Shown here: positions 18,067 through 28,867 of the stretch, one piece after another
Numbering within the stretch: the first letter of the stretch is position 1
Layout: each line of letters starts with the position of its first letter
Assembly: GCA_902563435.1 (NCBI GenBank)
Contig: CACEXE010000004.1
Span: 6,990 to 70,989 of the forward strand
Direction of reading: 5' to 3'
Source of the DNA: an uncultured Pelagibacteraceae bacterium
Lineage (GTDB): Bacteria > Pseudomonadota > Alphaproteobacteria > Pelagibacterales > Pelagibacteraceae
DNA length: 64,000 bases
Position numbers and translations under genes: made by a program
The notes under the pieces: model-generated
Told to the model about the DNA's origin: nothing
The model's input: the letters and a program-made list of their open reading frames with translations, nothing else
The model's database searches: none

Positions 18067-18753
18067 ATGAAATTTACCAACACTTTATTAAAAGGCAAAT
18101 TACAACGGAGATATAAGAGATTTTTCACAGATATAGAAGTAAATAATAAAACTGTTGTAGCACATTGTCCAAATACGGGCTCTATGATGGGTTTATTAGA
18201 TCAAGGAAATGAAGCTTGGATAAGCGAGCACAATGATCCAAAGCGCAAATTAAAATTCACTCTAGAGATGATAAAAGTAAAAAAAAGAATAATTGGAGTT
18301 AATACTCATAGAGCAAATAGAATTGTCGAACATGCATTAGAAAATAAATTAATAAAAGAATTTAGTGCAATCAAAAATATACGAGCTGAATTTAAGTATT
18401 CTGATGATACCAGATTTGACTTTTTGTGTGATAAGAAAATATTAGAAGTTAAGAATACTACGTTAATGAGAGTAGATGATATTGCAGAATTTCCAGATGC
18501 CGTTACATCAAGGGGTACAAAACACCTCCAAAAGTTAAAGGAATCAATTAAAAAAGGATATAAGCCTTATGTCTTATTTTTAACTCAAATTCAGGGTATA
18601 AATAATTTTAGAATAGCAAAAGATATAGACTCTACTTATTATGAAGAATATTTAGATGCTAAAAAATCTGGTGTAAGCTTTCTTGCTTACAGATGCAGTT
18701 TAAATTCTAAAGAAATTAAAATTGAAAAAAAAATAAAAATTATAGATGAGTAG
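18067..18753 (+). CDS. sfsA: Sugar fermentation stimulation protein SfsA (nuclease fold)
   Basis: RYKRF, HCPNTGSM, EVK and FPDAVTSRG motifs. Confidence 0.92.
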   Translation: MKFTNTLLKGKLQRRYKRFFTDIEVNNKTVVAHCPNTGSMMGLLDQGNEAWISEHNDPKRKLKFTLEMIKVKKRIIGVNTHRANRIVEHALENKLIKEFSAIKNIRAEFKYSDDTRFDFLCDKKILEVKNTTLMRVDDIAEFPDAVTSRGTKHLQKLKESIKKGYKPYVLFLTQIQGINNFRIAKDIDSTYYEEYLDAKKSGVSFLAYRCSLNSKEIKIEKKIKIIDE

Positions 18754-19516
18754 TTATTCAGAAAAATTTGAAAAAATGAGAATTGCTGGGAAACTTGCAT
18801 CTAGAACTTTAGACATGCTCACAGAAGAAGTTAAGGAAGGTGTTACAACAGATAAAATTGATCAATTGGGTTATGAATTTATAAGAGACAATGGTGGACA
18901 CTCTGCTCCACTATACTACAGGGGTTTTAAAAAATCTTTATGCACATCTTTAAACCATGTTGTTTGCCATGGCATTCCTTCTGATAGAGTTTTGAATGAG
19001 GGAGATGCTGTTAATATAGATGTAACAGCAATAGTTAATGAGTACTATGGTGACACAAGTAGAATGTTTACCATTGGGGAAATACCAGTAAAAGCTAAAA
19101 ATTTAATAGAAACAACTTACGAGTCTATGATGAGAGGAATTAAAATTCTTAAACCAGGAGTAAAATTGGGAGATATTGGATTTGAAATTCAATCCTTTGT
19201 TGAAGAAAGAGGTTTTTCAGTTGTTAGAGATTTTTGTGGTCACGGTATTAGCAATACTTTTCATGAGCAACCTAATATTCTTCATTATGGTAAGAAAAAT
19301 ACAGGTCACGAACTAACACCTGGTATGACCTTTACAATAGAACCTATGATAAATGTTGGAAAGTTAGACGTAAAAGTACTTAATGATGGGTGGACAGCTG
19401 TTACAAAGGATAAGTCTTTATCTGCACAATTTGAGCATACAATAGGAATTACAGAAGACTCTTATGAAATTTTCACAGAATCTGTTAAAGGTTATAAGAG
19501 GCCTCCATATAATTAA
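18746..19516 (+). CDS. map: Methionine aminopeptidase type I
   Basis: VCHGIP, GDTSR, GHGI, IEPM and AQFEHT motifs. Confidence 0.95.
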   Translation: MSSYSEKFEKMRIAGKLASRTLDMLTEEVKEGVTTDKIDQLGYEFIRDNGGHSAPLYYRGFKKSLCTSLNHVVCHGIPSDRVLNEGDAVNIDVTAIVNEYYGDTSRMFTIGEIPVKAKNLIETTYESMMRGIKILKPGVKLGDIGFEIQSFVEERGFSVVRDFCGHGISNTFHEQPNILHYGKKNTGHELTPGMTFTIEPMINVGKLDVKVLNDGWTAVTKDKSLSAQFEHTIGITEDSYEIFTESVKGYKRPPYN

Positions 19517-20808
19517 TGATAACACGATACTCTAGAAAAGAACTTACGGATATCTGGTCCGAACATAATAAATATCAAATCTGGTTAGATGTAGAGATTG
19601 CTGCAGCTGAAGGAATGGAAAAATTAGGAACTATTCCAAAAGGTGTAGCAAGTGCTGTTAGAAAAAAGGCTAAAATTAATGTTAAAAGAATTCACAATAT
19701 TGAAGCTAAAGTTAAACATGACGTTATTGCATTCCTAACATCGGTTACTGAAAAGGTAGGGATTAAAGCAAGATATTTGCATCAAGGAATGACATCATCA
19801 GATGTGGTAGATACAAGTTTTAATATTCAATTAGTTCAGTCTGGTCAGATTTTAGTTAAGGATATTGACCAAATATTAAAAGTTTTAAAATCAAAAGCTA
19901 AAAAATATAAATTTACCCCATGTATGGGTAGAAGTCATGGTATTCATGCTGAACCAATTACATTTGGACTTAAATTAGCTTCATATTATGAGGAATTTAA
20001 AAGAAATAGAAAAAGATTAATCAGTGCAATAGATGAAATATCAACGTGTGCAATTTCTGGTGCTGTTGGTACTTTTGCAAATATTAATCCTAATGTAGAA
20101 AAACACGTTGCTAAAAAACTAGGCTTAAAAGTTGAACCCATATCTACTCAAGTTATTCCTAGAGATAGACATGCACATTATTTTTCAGTTTTAGGTATTA
20201 TAGCTGGATCAATTGAAAGAGTTTCAACAGAAATTAGACACTTACAAAGAACTGAAGTTTATGAATTGCAGGAATTTTTTTCAAAAAAACAAAAAGGTTC
20301 AAGTGCAATGCCTCATAAAAAAAATCCAATATTAAGTGAAAACTTAACTGGATTAGCAAGAATGGTTAGAAGTTATACTATTCCAGCACTAGAAAATATT
20401 GCACTTTGGCATGAAAGAGATATTTCACATTCAAGCGTTGAAAGAAATATTGGTCCAGATGCTAATATAACCCTAGATTTTGCATTAATAAGGTTAGCAA
20501 ACTTATTAGATAAGATGATCGTCTATCCAAAAAAAATGCTTAATAACTTGAATATTACTAAAGGTACCATTTTCTCCCAAGAGTTGATGTTAGAACTAAC
20601 AAAATCAGGTTTAACTAGAGAAAACTCTTATAGATTAGTTCAAGCACATTCCAAAAAATGCATAGCGGATAATCTTAATCTTTTAGATGTTGTGATGAGT
20701 GACAAAAACATTACATCTAGAATATCAAGCAAGAAAATGAAAAAAATATTTGATTATTCTTCACACTTTAAGAATGTTAATTTAATTTTTAATAGGGTCT
20801 TTAAATAA
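19516..20808 (+). CDS. purB: Adenylosuccinate lyase
   Basis: GSSAMPHKKNP signature. Confidence 0.96.
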   Translation: MITRYSRKELTDIWSEHNKYQIWLDVEIAAAEGMEKLGTIPKGVASAVRKKAKINVKRIHNIEAKVKHDVIAFLTSVTEKVGIKARYLHQGMTSSDVVDTSFNIQLVQSGQILVKDIDQILKVLKSKAKKYKFTPCMGRSHGIHAEPITFGLKLASYYEEFKRNRKRLISAIDEISTCAISGAVGTFANINPNVEKHVAKKLGLKVEPISTQVIPRDRHAHYFSVLGIIAGSIERVSTEIRHLQRTEVYELQEFFSKKQKGSSAMPHKKNPILSENLTGLARMVRSYTIPALENIALWHERDISHSSVERNIGPDANITLDFALIRLANLLDKMIVYPKKMLNNLNITKGTIFSQELMLELTKSGLTRENSYRLVQAHSKKCIADNLNLLDVVMSDKNITSRISSKKMKKIFDYSSHFKNVNLIFNRVFK

Positions 20809-21593
20809 TGAAAAAAGGTAAAAAGTTATACGAAGGTAAAGCTAAAATAATCTATGCTAGCAATGATAAAAATTTAGTTATTCAACATTTCAAAGATGAT
20901 GCAACAGCTTTCAATAATCAAAAAAAAGATGTCATAGAAGGTAAAGGAATTTTAAATAATAGAATTTCAGAACATATTCTTACGCAATTAAGCAATGTTG
21001 GAATAAAAAACCATTTAGTAAAAAGACTTAATATGAGAGAACAACTTGTTAAGTTAGTGGAAATTATTCCAATTGAATTTGTTGTTAGAAATATTGCAAC
21101 AGGTTCTTTAACGAAAAGATTGGGAATAGAGGATGGAACAGTGCTTGATTACCCACTAGTTGAATATTGCTTAAAAAATGATGATCTAGGTGATCCTCTT
21201 ATAAGCAGAGAACATATTTTAGCATTTAAATGGATGGATGTTTTCGAATTAGATTTTATTTATGAAGAGGTAAGAAGAATAAATGATTTTCTTCAAGGCA
21301 TGTTTAGAGGTGTTGGAATTAAATTGGTAGATTTTAAAGTTGAATTTGGAAGATTTGAAGCAAATGGCAAAAGAGAAATTATGTTAGCTGATGAAATTAG
21401 TCCAGATACATGCAGGCTTTGGGATATGAGAACAGATAAAAAACTAGATAAAGACAGATTTAGAAATAACCTTGGAAACTTAGTTGAAGCATACCAAGAA
21501 GTGGCAATTAGGCTAAATATACTACACGAACAATCAAATATAAGACCGTTAACTTATCCTAAACCTAAAGCAGTAAAAATTAAGAAAAAATGA
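20808..21593 (+). CDS. purC: SAICAR synthetase
   Basis: YEGKAK, LVDFKVEFG and ADEISPD motifs. Confidence 0.96.
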   Translation: MKKGKKLYEGKAKIIYASNDKNLVIQHFKDDATAFNNQKKDVIEGKGILNNRISEHILTQLSNVGIKNHLVKRLNMREQLVKLVEIIPIEFVVRNIATGSLTKRLGIEDGTVLDYPLVEYCLKNDDLGDPLISREHILAFKWMDVFELDFIYEEVRRINDFLQGMFRGVGIKLVDFKVEFGRFEANGKREIMLADEISPDTCRLWDMRTDKKLDKDRFRNNLGNLVEAYQEVAIRLNILHEQSNIRPLTYPKPKAVKIKKK

Positions 21594-21823
21594 AAGTAAA
21601 AGTAATAGTCACTTTAAAAAAAGGAGTACTCGATCCTCAAGGTAAGGCGATACAACAAACTCTAAATGGAATGACTTTTGATAATGTTTCAGAAGTAAGA
21701 CAAGGTAAATATTTCGATATTGAAGTAAATGAGAATGATGAAAGCAAGGCTAAATCGCAAGTAGAGGAAATGTGTAAGAAGCTTTTAGCAAACCTAGTTA
21801 TAGAGGATTATAAAATCTTGTAA
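21590..21823 (+). CDS. purS: FGAM synthase subunit PurS
   Basis: VLDPQG and LLAN.VIE motifs. Confidence 0.94.
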   Translation: MKVKVIVTLKKGVLDPQGKAIQQTLNGMTFDNVSEVRQGKYFDIEVNENDESKAKSQVEEMCKKLLANLVIEDYKIL

Positions 21824-21830
21824 CTACTCA

Positions 21831-22511
21831 ATGAAATCAACTGTAATTATATTCCCTGGCTCAAATTGTGATAGAGATATGGATGTAGCTCTTAAGAAAT
21901 TTGGTTTTGAAAATCAAATGGTTTGGCACAATGATAGTGACATTCCAAAGAGTGATTTAATTGTTTTGCCAGGGGGCTTCTCCTATGGTGATTACCTTAG
22001 ATGTGGGAGCATTGCTGGTAAATCGAGAATTATTAAATCTGTAGTTAATTTTGCAAATTCTGGTGGATTAGTGCTTGGTATCTGCAATGGTTTTCAAATA
22101 CTTACTGAAACAGGCCTACTTCCTGGAATACTTCAACAAAATAAATACTTAAACTTTATTTGTAAAAATGTTTTTGTGAAAATTAAAAATAAAGAAAATA
22201 AATATTTTAAAAACATTAAAAAAGAAGTTTTAGAACTTCATATTGCTCATAACGAAGGAAATTACTTTTGTTCAAATGATGAATTAAAGTCAATAGAAGA
22301 TAATGGACAAATAGCGGTTACCTATTGTGACGATAAAGGAAATGATAACGAACATAATAATCCTAACGGGGCTATTAAAAATATAGCTGGGATATTCAAT
22401 AAAGATAAAAATATTTTGGGAATGATGCCTCATCCAGAAAGGATGATTGATCCTTTCCTTTCGGGTGAAGACGGATCACTATTTTTTGAAAATTTAATAG
22501 GTAACGTGTAA
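21831..22511 (+). CDS. purQ: FGAM synthase glutaminase subunit PurQ
   Basis: [23 protein letters not shown] and MPHPER motifs. Confidence 0.96.
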   Translation: MKSTVIIFPGSNCDRDMDVALKKFGFENQMVWHNDSDIPKSDLIVLPGGFSYGDYLRCGSIAGKSRIIKSVVNFANSGGLVLGICNGFQILTETGLLPGILQQNKYLNFICKNVFVKIKNKENKYFKNIKKEVLELHIAHNEGNYFCSNDELKSIEDNGQIAVTYCDDKGNDNEHNNPNGAIKNIAGIFNKDKNILGMMPHPERMIDPFLSGEDGSLFFENLIGNV

Positions 22512-24706
22512 TGAATGAAGTTAATGAACAAATAGCAATCGATCATGGTCTGAAGAAAGATGAATATAAAAAAATTTGTGATCTATTAAAGAGAACTCCA
22601 AATATAACAGAATTAGGTGTTTTTTCAGCAATGTGGAATGAACATTGCTCTTACAAATCATCCAGAAGACATCTTAAAAAATTACATACTAAAGGTGATC
22701 AAGTTATCCAAGGCCCAGGAGAAAATGCTGGTGTTGTCGACATTGAAGACGATGATGCAATTGTATTTAAGATAGAAAGCCATAACCATCCATCATTTAT
22801 TGAGCCCTATCAAGGTGCAGCAACAGGAGTTGGTGGAATTATGAGAGATGTATTTACTATGGGCGCAAGACCTATTGCTAATTTAAATTCAATTCACTTT
22901 GGCTCAATAGATCACGAAAAAACTAGAAATCTATTAAGAGGAGTTGTTAAAGGCATTGGTGGATATGGAAACTGTATTGGCGTTCCAACTATTGCTGGCC
23001 AAACATGCTTTGACGAGTCTTATAATGGAAACATTCTAGTCAATGCAATGACATTAGGCTTAGTAAATAAAAATAAAATATTTTACTCTAAAGCTGCTGG
23101 AGTTGATAAGCCCGTTATATATGTAGGGTCAAAAACAGGAAGAGATGGAATTCATGGTGCAAGTATGGCATCAGCTATTTTTGATGATAAAATAGAGGAA
23201 AAGAAACCAACAGTTCAAGTTGGTGATCCATTTACAGAAAAACTGCTTTTAGAGGCTTGTTTAGAATTAATGGCAGGTAAATCAATAATATCAATTCAGG
23301 ACATGGGTGCAGCGGGACTAACTTCATCAAGTATTGAAATGGCATCAAAAGGTGATTTGGGTATTGAAATTGATTTAACAAAAGTACCTTGTAGAGAAGA
23401 AAATATGACACCTTATGAAATAATGCTTTCAGAAAGTCAAGAGAGAATGTTAATTGTATTAGAGGCTGGAAAAGAAGATGAAGCAAAAAAAATATTTGAT
23501 AAGTGGAACTTAGATTTTGCAGTTATTGGAAAAACAACCAACAGTAAAAATATAGAATTATTTTTTGAAAATAAAAAAGTTGCAGATATTCCAATAGATT
23601 TTTTAGCTGAAAATGCTCCAATGTACGATCGTAAATGGATAAAAGTTAAGTTACCTAAAGAAAACAATTTTTCAAAAGATGATTTTAAGTCTTTAAAATT
23701 AAGTGATTGTTTAAATAAAATCTTAACTGACCCAAACATTGCAGACAAAGAATGGATATGGAGCCAATATGATCACACGGTTATGGGTGATACTATACAA
23801 AAACCAGGCGGTAATGCAGGTGTAGTAAGAGTACATGGAACTAATAAAGCGGTGGCTGCAGCAGTAGACTCATCGGCTACTTATTGTAATGCTCATCCAT
23901 TAACAGGAGGAAAACAAGTGGTTTGTGAAAGTTGGAGGAATATGATCTCTGTTGGAGCTAAACCAATTGCAATTACAAATTGCCTTAATTTTGGAAATCC
24001 AGAAAAAGAAAAAAATATGGGAGAGTTTGTTGAATGTGTTGAGGGAATTACAGAAGCTTCAAAATATTTAAATTACCCTGTAGTTTCAGGAAATGTCTCT
24101 TTCTATAATGAAACAAAAGATAAGGGAATTAAGCCTACTCCCTCGATTGGAGGTATTGGACTATTATCAGATTATAAACAGATGATTACAATGGAATTAA
24201 AAAATGATGGAAATTATCTATTAATAATTGGTAAAACAGAAGGTCATTTAGATCAATCAATATTTGCAAAAAATATTTTGTCTAATCATAATGGACCTCC
24301 TCCAGAAATTAATTTATTCAATGAAAAACAAAATGGGATAAGTATTTTAAATTTAAAAAATAAAAATTTAATTGAAACTTGTCATGATATTTCCTTGGGG
24401 GGAATTTTAACTGCTATCTCAAAAATGAGCATAAAAGGAAATAAAGGAGTAAAAATATTTCCAATTGAAGGTTTAGTAAATAAATTTGAATATTTTTTTG
24501 GAGAGGACCAAGGAAGATATATAATAGAAATAAAGCCTGAAAATTTAGAAAATGTTGAAAAAATACTTAAAAAAGATTCAATACATTTTGATAAATTGGG
24601 TATAATTGAAAGTGATAAGATTACTTATGGAAATGAACTTAAAATATCAATTGGAGATATCAAAGAAGGCTATAAAAAATGGCTAAATGAATATATGGTT
24701 AATTAA
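22511..24706 (+). CDS. purL: FGAM synthase subunit PurL
   Basis: [21 protein letters not shown] and SGNVS motifs. Confidence 0.96.
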   Translation: MNEVNEQIAIDHGLKKDEYKKICDLLKRTPNITELGVFSAMWNEHCSYKSSRRHLKKLHTKGDQVIQGPGENAGVVDIEDDDAIVFKIESHNHPSFIEPYQGAATGVGGIMRDVFTMGARPIANLNSIHFGSIDHEKTRNLLRGVVKGIGGYGNCIGVPTIAGQTCFDESYNGNILVNAMTLGLVNKNKIFYSKAAGVDKPVIYVGSKTGRDGIHGASMASAIFDDKIEEKKPTVQVGDPFTEKLLLEACLELMAGKSIISIQDMGAAGLTSSSIEMASKGDLGIEIDLTKVPCREENMTPYEIMLSESQERMLIVLEAGKEDEAKKIFDKWNLDFAVIGKTTNSKNIELFFENKKVADIPIDFLAENAPMYDRKWIKVKLPKENNFSKDDFKSLKLSDCLNKILTDPNIADKEWIWSQYDHTVMGDTIQKPGGNAGVVRVHGTNKAVAAAVDSSATYCNAHPLTGGKQVVCESWRNMISVGAKPIAITNCLNFGNPEKEKNMGEFVECVEGITEASKYLNYPVVSGNVSFYNETKDKGIKPTPSIGGIGLLSDYKQMITMELKNDGNYLLIIGKTEGHLDQSIFAKNILSNHNGPPPEINLFNEKQNGISILNLKNKNLIETCHDISLGGILTAISKMSIKGNKGVKIFPIEGLVNKFEYFFGEDQGRYIIEIKPENLENVEKILKKDSIHFDKLGIIESDKITYGNELKISIGDIKEGYKKWLNEYMVN

Positions 24707-24936
24707 TGGCAATGGATTTAAAAGAAATAGAAAGCTTAATAAAAGAAGCACTCCCTGATGCGAAAATAGAAATTCAAGATCTTGCAGGTGATGGAAATCA
24801 TTATTCAGCGACAGTAATTTCGTCGCAATTTGCAGGAAAAAGTAAAATTCAGCAGCACAAAATGGTATATAATTCACTTAAAGGCAAAATGGGAAATGAG
24901 TTGCACGCATTAGCTGTAAAAACAAAGGAGAACTAA
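24706..24936 (+). CDS. bolA: BolA/IbaG family protein
   Basis: GDGNH, QHKMVY and LHAL motifs; adjacent to grxD. Confidence 0.9.
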   Translation: MAMDLKEIESLIKEALPDAKIEIQDLAGDGNHYSATVISSQFAGKSKIQQHKMVYNSLKGKMGNELHALAVKTKEN

Positions 24937-25275
24937 ATGGATAATCAAACTAATGAATTAATCAATAATGAAATTAAAAGCAACGAAGTATGTTTGTTTA
25001 TGAAAGGGACACCTGATGCTCCTCAGTGTGGGTTTTCAATGGCTGTAACTAACATTTTAAAAATGCTTGAAGTTAATTTCAAAGGTGTAAACGTTTTGGC
25101 AGATCAAAATCTAAGAGAAGGTATTAAAGTGTTTAGTGATTGGCCAACAATTCCTCAATTATATGTTAAGAATGAGTTCATAGGTGGTTGCGATATAGTT
25201 AAGGAAATGTACGAAAGTGGTGAACTAGTCAAACTTTTTGAAGATAATGGAATTGAATTTAAAAAGAAAAACTAG
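24937..25275 (+). CDS. grxD: Monothiol glutaredoxin Grx4
   Basis: CGFS, WPTIPQ and GGCD motifs. Confidence 0.95.
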   Translation: MDNQTNELINNEIKSNEVCLFMKGTPDAPQCGFSMAVTNILKMLEVNFKGVNVLADQNLREGIKVFSDWPTIPQLYVKNEFIGGCDIVKEMYESGELVKLFEDNGIEFKKKN

Positions 25276-25277
25276 TC

Positions 25278-25889
25278 TTACTTAATTAACAATCTAATTT
25301 TTTTTGAGAAATATTTTTTTAGCAGGTTTAAAATTGATATTTTAACTGGATTTTTTAAATTATCTTCAACCATATTAAATTTAATACTATCTTCCCAACT
25401 TAATTCGATTACTAAACTTTCACGAAAATATTCATTTAATTTTTTTATTGTTCCTACAGTTAAAACTGGTTCAAAATATTGTTGTTTTTTTGAGATATTA
25501 ATTTGATTATTAACATCATCAAATACTAAGTGCCAAATATGAGCTTTTTTATTTTCAAAAACCAAATTATCTTCAAGTCTTGTTGGGACTTCAATATATC
25601 CTTTTTTTCCTACTCTAGATAATTCATTTAAAAAATAAGAAACATCCTCAACATGTTCAGCCACATGTGAGGCAATAACAAAGTCAAACTCCTTATCTTT
25701 AAAGGGTAATTTTTTTTCTTTAATCTTTACGAATGATTTATCTTTATAATGATTTGATAGGTCTAATATATCACTGACTGTTGTTGCATATTTATTAGCG
25801 CCATATCCACAACCAATATCTAAAATTTTCCAGTCTGGGTTTTCTGAAAGAGTTTTTTCTATATGGGTTATTGATGTTCTTTTGATCAG
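25278..25889 (-). CDS. Class I SAM-dependent methyltransferase (start extended to a non-canonical CTG)
   Basis: The frame stays open 75 codons upstream of the track's GTG (25664) and encodes ILDIGCG and LPFKDKEFDFVIASHV; no in-frame ATG/GTG/TTG before the stop at 25911-25913. Confidence 0.7.
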   Translation of the reverse strand: MIKRTSITHIEKTLSENPDWKILDIGCGYGANKYATTVSDILDLSNHYKDKSFVKIKEKKLPFKDKEFDFVIASHVAEHVEDVSYFLNELSRVGKKGYIEVPTRLEDNLVFENKKAHIWHLVFDDVNNQINISKKQQYFEPVLTVGTIKKLNEYFRESLVIELSWEDSIKFNMVEDNLKNPVKISILNLLKKYFSKKIRLLIK

Positions 25890-25894
25890 AAAAA

Positions 25895-26512
25895 TTATCT
25901 TGAATAATATTCAATTACTAAATTAGGCTCCATGACGACTGGATAAGGGACTTCTTCAAACTTCGGAATTCTAACAAATTTAACTTTTTTGTTTTTTTCA
26001 TCTAATTGTAAATATTCTGGAACTTCTCTTTCTTTGTTAGCAAGTGCAATATCGATCAAAGCTAATTGTTTAGATTTATCTCTAATTTCAATGCTGTCTT
26101 CTTCTTTAACTTGGTAGCTTGATATATTAACTTTTTTTCCATTTACTCTTACATGTCCATGATTAATTAATTGCCTTGAGGAAAAAATAGTATTTGATAG
26201 TTTTGATCTATAGATCACTGCATCAAGTCTTCTTTCTAATAATCCAATTAAGTTTTCCGCTGTATCACCTTTTTTCATGATAGCTCTTTTGTACATGTTT
26301 CTAAACTGTCTTTCGTTCATGTTACCATAGTAACACTTTAATTTTTGTTTAGCTTGAAGCTGAATTCCATAATCAGATGGTTTAGATGATTTTGACTGAC
26401 CGTGTTGTCCAGGGGGGTATGCTCTGGTATTAAATGGACTTTTAGGTCTACCCCATAAATTTACCTTGAGTCTTCTATCGACTTTATGTTTTGAGTTTAA
26501 TCGTTTTGTCAT
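25895..26512 (-). CDS. rpsD: 30S ribosomal protein S4
   Basis: PGQHG, LERRLD, RQLINHGH and VIEYYSR motifs. Confidence 0.97.
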   Translation of the reverse strand: MTKRLNSKHKVDRRLKVNLWGRPKSPFNTRAYPPGQHGQSKSSKPSDYGIQLQAKQKLKCYYGNMNERQFRNMYKRAIMKKGDTAENLIGLLERRLDAVIYRSKLSNTIFSSRQLINHGHVRVNGKKVNISSYQVKEEDSIEIRDKSKQLALIDIALANKEREVPEYLQLDEKNKKVKFVRIPKFEEVPYPVVMEPNLVIEYYSR

Positions 26513-26527
26513 ATTAAAGTTATTGGG

Positions 26528-26555
26528 TTTATAGACATCAATATATTTTTGTCAA
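26528..26555 (-). promoter_or_regulatory. Putative sigma70 promoter of rpsD
   Basis: Minus strand TTGACA-N16-TATAAA. Confidence 0.5.
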
Positions 26556-27269
26556 TCAAGGTTTTTTTATTAAACCAGCAAATACGCTTGATAAAATGCG
26601 TGTTTCTTTTTGCGAAAGTTCCATTTTATAAAAAATACTTCTTAAATTTTCAAGCATTATGGGTTTTTTTACTTTTTGTTTAAAAAAATTTTTATTTTCT
26701 AGGTTTGTTAAACAAAATTTTAACATAGCAGATATCTCTTTCTTGGTTGCTTTTTGTATTTTTTTTGATTTTTGAAAATCAAATTTTTCTTTTGAAATTA
26801 AGTTTGAAACAGTTTGAGCTACTATTACTAGACTGTGTGAAAGATTTAAAGATCTGAATTTAGCATTACTTGGGATCTGTAAAGTATAGTCAGCATAACT
26901 CACTTCATTATTTGTTAAACCTGAAGCTTCAGAACCAAACAAAAAACTTATCTTTTTTGAAAAATCAATTTTTTTTAATTCTAGTAACGAAATATGTTTA
27001 ATATTTTTATTTCTAAATCTTGCTGATGTTGCAATAAGAATGTCAGTTTTGTTTAAAGATTTTTCTAAATTAGGATAAATATTTGCTTTTTCTATTATAT
27101 CTTTAGCTCCAACTGAAGTTGCTTTGATTTTGTCATTTGGAAATATTGGCTTTGGTTCTATCAATGATAAATTTTTAAAGCCAAAGTTCTTCATTCCTCT
27201 TGCACATAATCCTATATTTTCAGATAGCTGAGGTTTGTGTAAAATAAATGATATATTATTAAAATTCAT
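26556..27269 (-). CDS. trmJ: SPOUT RNA methyltransferase TrmJ/LasT family
   Basis: ENIG..AR.MKNFG, FGSEASGL and SLNLS motifs. Confidence 0.82.
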   Translation of the reverse strand: MNFNNISFILHKPQLSENIGLCARGMKNFGFKNLSLIEPKPIFPNDKIKATSVGAKDIIEKANIYPNLEKSLNKTDILIATSARFRNKNIKHISLLELKKIDFSKKISFLFGSEASGLTNNEVSYADYTLQIPSNAKFRSLNLSHSLVIVAQTVSNLISKEKFDFQKSKKIQKATKKEISAMLKFCLTNLENKNFFKQKVKKPIMLENLRSIFYKMELSQKETRILSSVFAGLIKKP

Positions 27270-28867
27270 TAAGCACTTGCTGGTGCATTATCTTTGAATA
27301 ATTTATAATCAAGACTATCTATTAATGCTTTAAAAGATGCATCTATAATGTTTGGAGAAACTCCAATTGTAAACCAGTTTTTTCCTTTAGAGTCTGTGCT
27401 TTCTATGGAAACTCTGGTTACAGCCTCTGTTCCTGTATTTAATATTCGTACTTTATAATCAACTAATCTTAAATCCTTAAGATAATCAGAGTATTTTGAA
27501 ATTTTTTTTATATTATTTCTAATTGCATTATCCAGGGCATTTACAGGTCCATTGCCCTCACCTTCGCAGATAATTGTTTCGCCATCTACTTCTAATTCTG
27601 CTTTAGCAGATGAAATAATTTCTCCTGAGGAATTTTTTTTAACTGACACATCGTATGCCTTAATAATTAAGTATCTAGGTATTTCACCAACTATCCTTCT
27701 TGCTAATAATTCAAACGATGCGTCTGCACCATCATAGCTATAACCAATAAATTCTCTCCCTTTTACTTCATCTAAAAGTTCTTTAATTTTAGGGTCATTT
27801 TTTTTGATATCAATTCCAATGGTTCCTAATCTAGATAATATATTTGATTGTCCAGCTTGATCTGAAATAACTATATTTCTTACATTGCCAACTTCTTTTG
27901 GATCAATGTGTTCATAAGTTTTTGGGTTTTTTTGTACCGCTGAAACATGCATTCCACCTTTGTGTGAAAAAGCTGCAGCACCTACATAAGGCAAATGTTT
28001 GTTAGGTTTTCTGTTTAAAATTTCATCTAATAATCTAGAGCATTGTGTTAGATGTTTAATATTCTTGTCATCTATATTTATTTCATAATTGATAGAAAAC
28101 TCAGGTTTTAAATATAATGATGGTATGAGTGACATTAAGTTGGCATTACCACATCTTTCACCTAAACCATTAATCGTTCCCTGCACCTGTCTTACACCCG
28201 CTTGGATTGCAACTAAAGAATTTGCAACTGCATTTTCTGTATCATTGTGTGCATGAATTCCTAAATTTTTACCTGGTATATGTTTTGATACATCTGAAAC
28301 TATTTTTGATACTTCGTGGGGTAAGGTGCCACCATTGGTATCACACAATATAATCCATCTAGCACCTTGATCATATGCAGATTTGATGCAACTTAAAGCA
28401 TATTCTTTATTTGATTTATAACCATCAAAAAAGTGCTCGGCATCAAACATGAATTCTTTTCCAGAATTAATTATATGTTTTGCACTTTCACTAATATTTT
28501 TTAAATTTTGATCTTTGGATATGCCTAAAGCAACATCTACATGAAAATCCCAAGACTTTCCAAATAAGCAAATTGAATTTGCCTTAGAATTTATTAAAGA
28601 TGAAATCATTGGATCATTTTCGGCGCTATGATCAGATTTTTTTGTCATACCAAAAGCTGTTAATATTGAATGATTAAAAGGATGTTGCTTGTTAAAAAAC
28701 TCTGTATCCGTTGGATTAGCACCAGGCCATCCTCCTTCTATGTAATCGACACCAAGATTATCCAATGCTACAGAGATTTTTTCTTTGTCATCTAAAGAAA
28801 AATCTACTCCCTGTGTTTGTGCACCATCACGTAAAGTTGTATCAAATATGTATATTTTGTCAGACAT
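27269..28867 (-). CDS. cimA: Citramalate synthase
   Basis: DTTLRDGAQ, GGWPGANP, DAEHFFDG, GERCGN and HKGG motifs. Confidence 0.9.
   Translation of the reverse strand: MSDKIYIFDTTLRDGAQTQGVDFSLDDKEKISVALDNLGVDYIEGGWPGANPTDTEFFNKQHPFNHSILTAFGMTKKSDHSAENDPMISSLINSKANSICLFGKSWDFHVDVALGISKDQNLKNISESAKHIINSGKEFMFDAEHFFDGYKSNKEYALSCIKSAYDQGARWIILCDTNGGTLPHEVSKIVSDVSKHIPGKNLGIHAHNDTENAVANSLVAIQAGVRQVQGTINGLGERCGNANLMSLIPSLYLKPEFSINYEINIDDKNIKHLTQCSRLLDEILNRKPNKHLPYVGAAAFSHKGGMHVSAVQKNPKTYEHIDPKEVGNVRNIVISDQAGQSNILSRLGTIGIDIKKNDPKIKELLDEVKGREFIGYSYDGADASFELLARRIVGEIPRYLIIKAYDVSVKKNSSGEIISSAKAELEVDGETIICEGEGNGPVNALDNAIRNNIKKISKYSDYLKDLRLVDYKVRILNTGTEAVTRVSIESTDSKGKNWFTIGVSPNIIDASFKALIDSLDYKLFKDNAPASA

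Noticed and set aside
18045-18128. N-terminal extension of the CinA-like ORF overlapping sfsA
   Set aside because: Family similarity begins at ATG 18044, so the longer start is an ORF-caller artefact.
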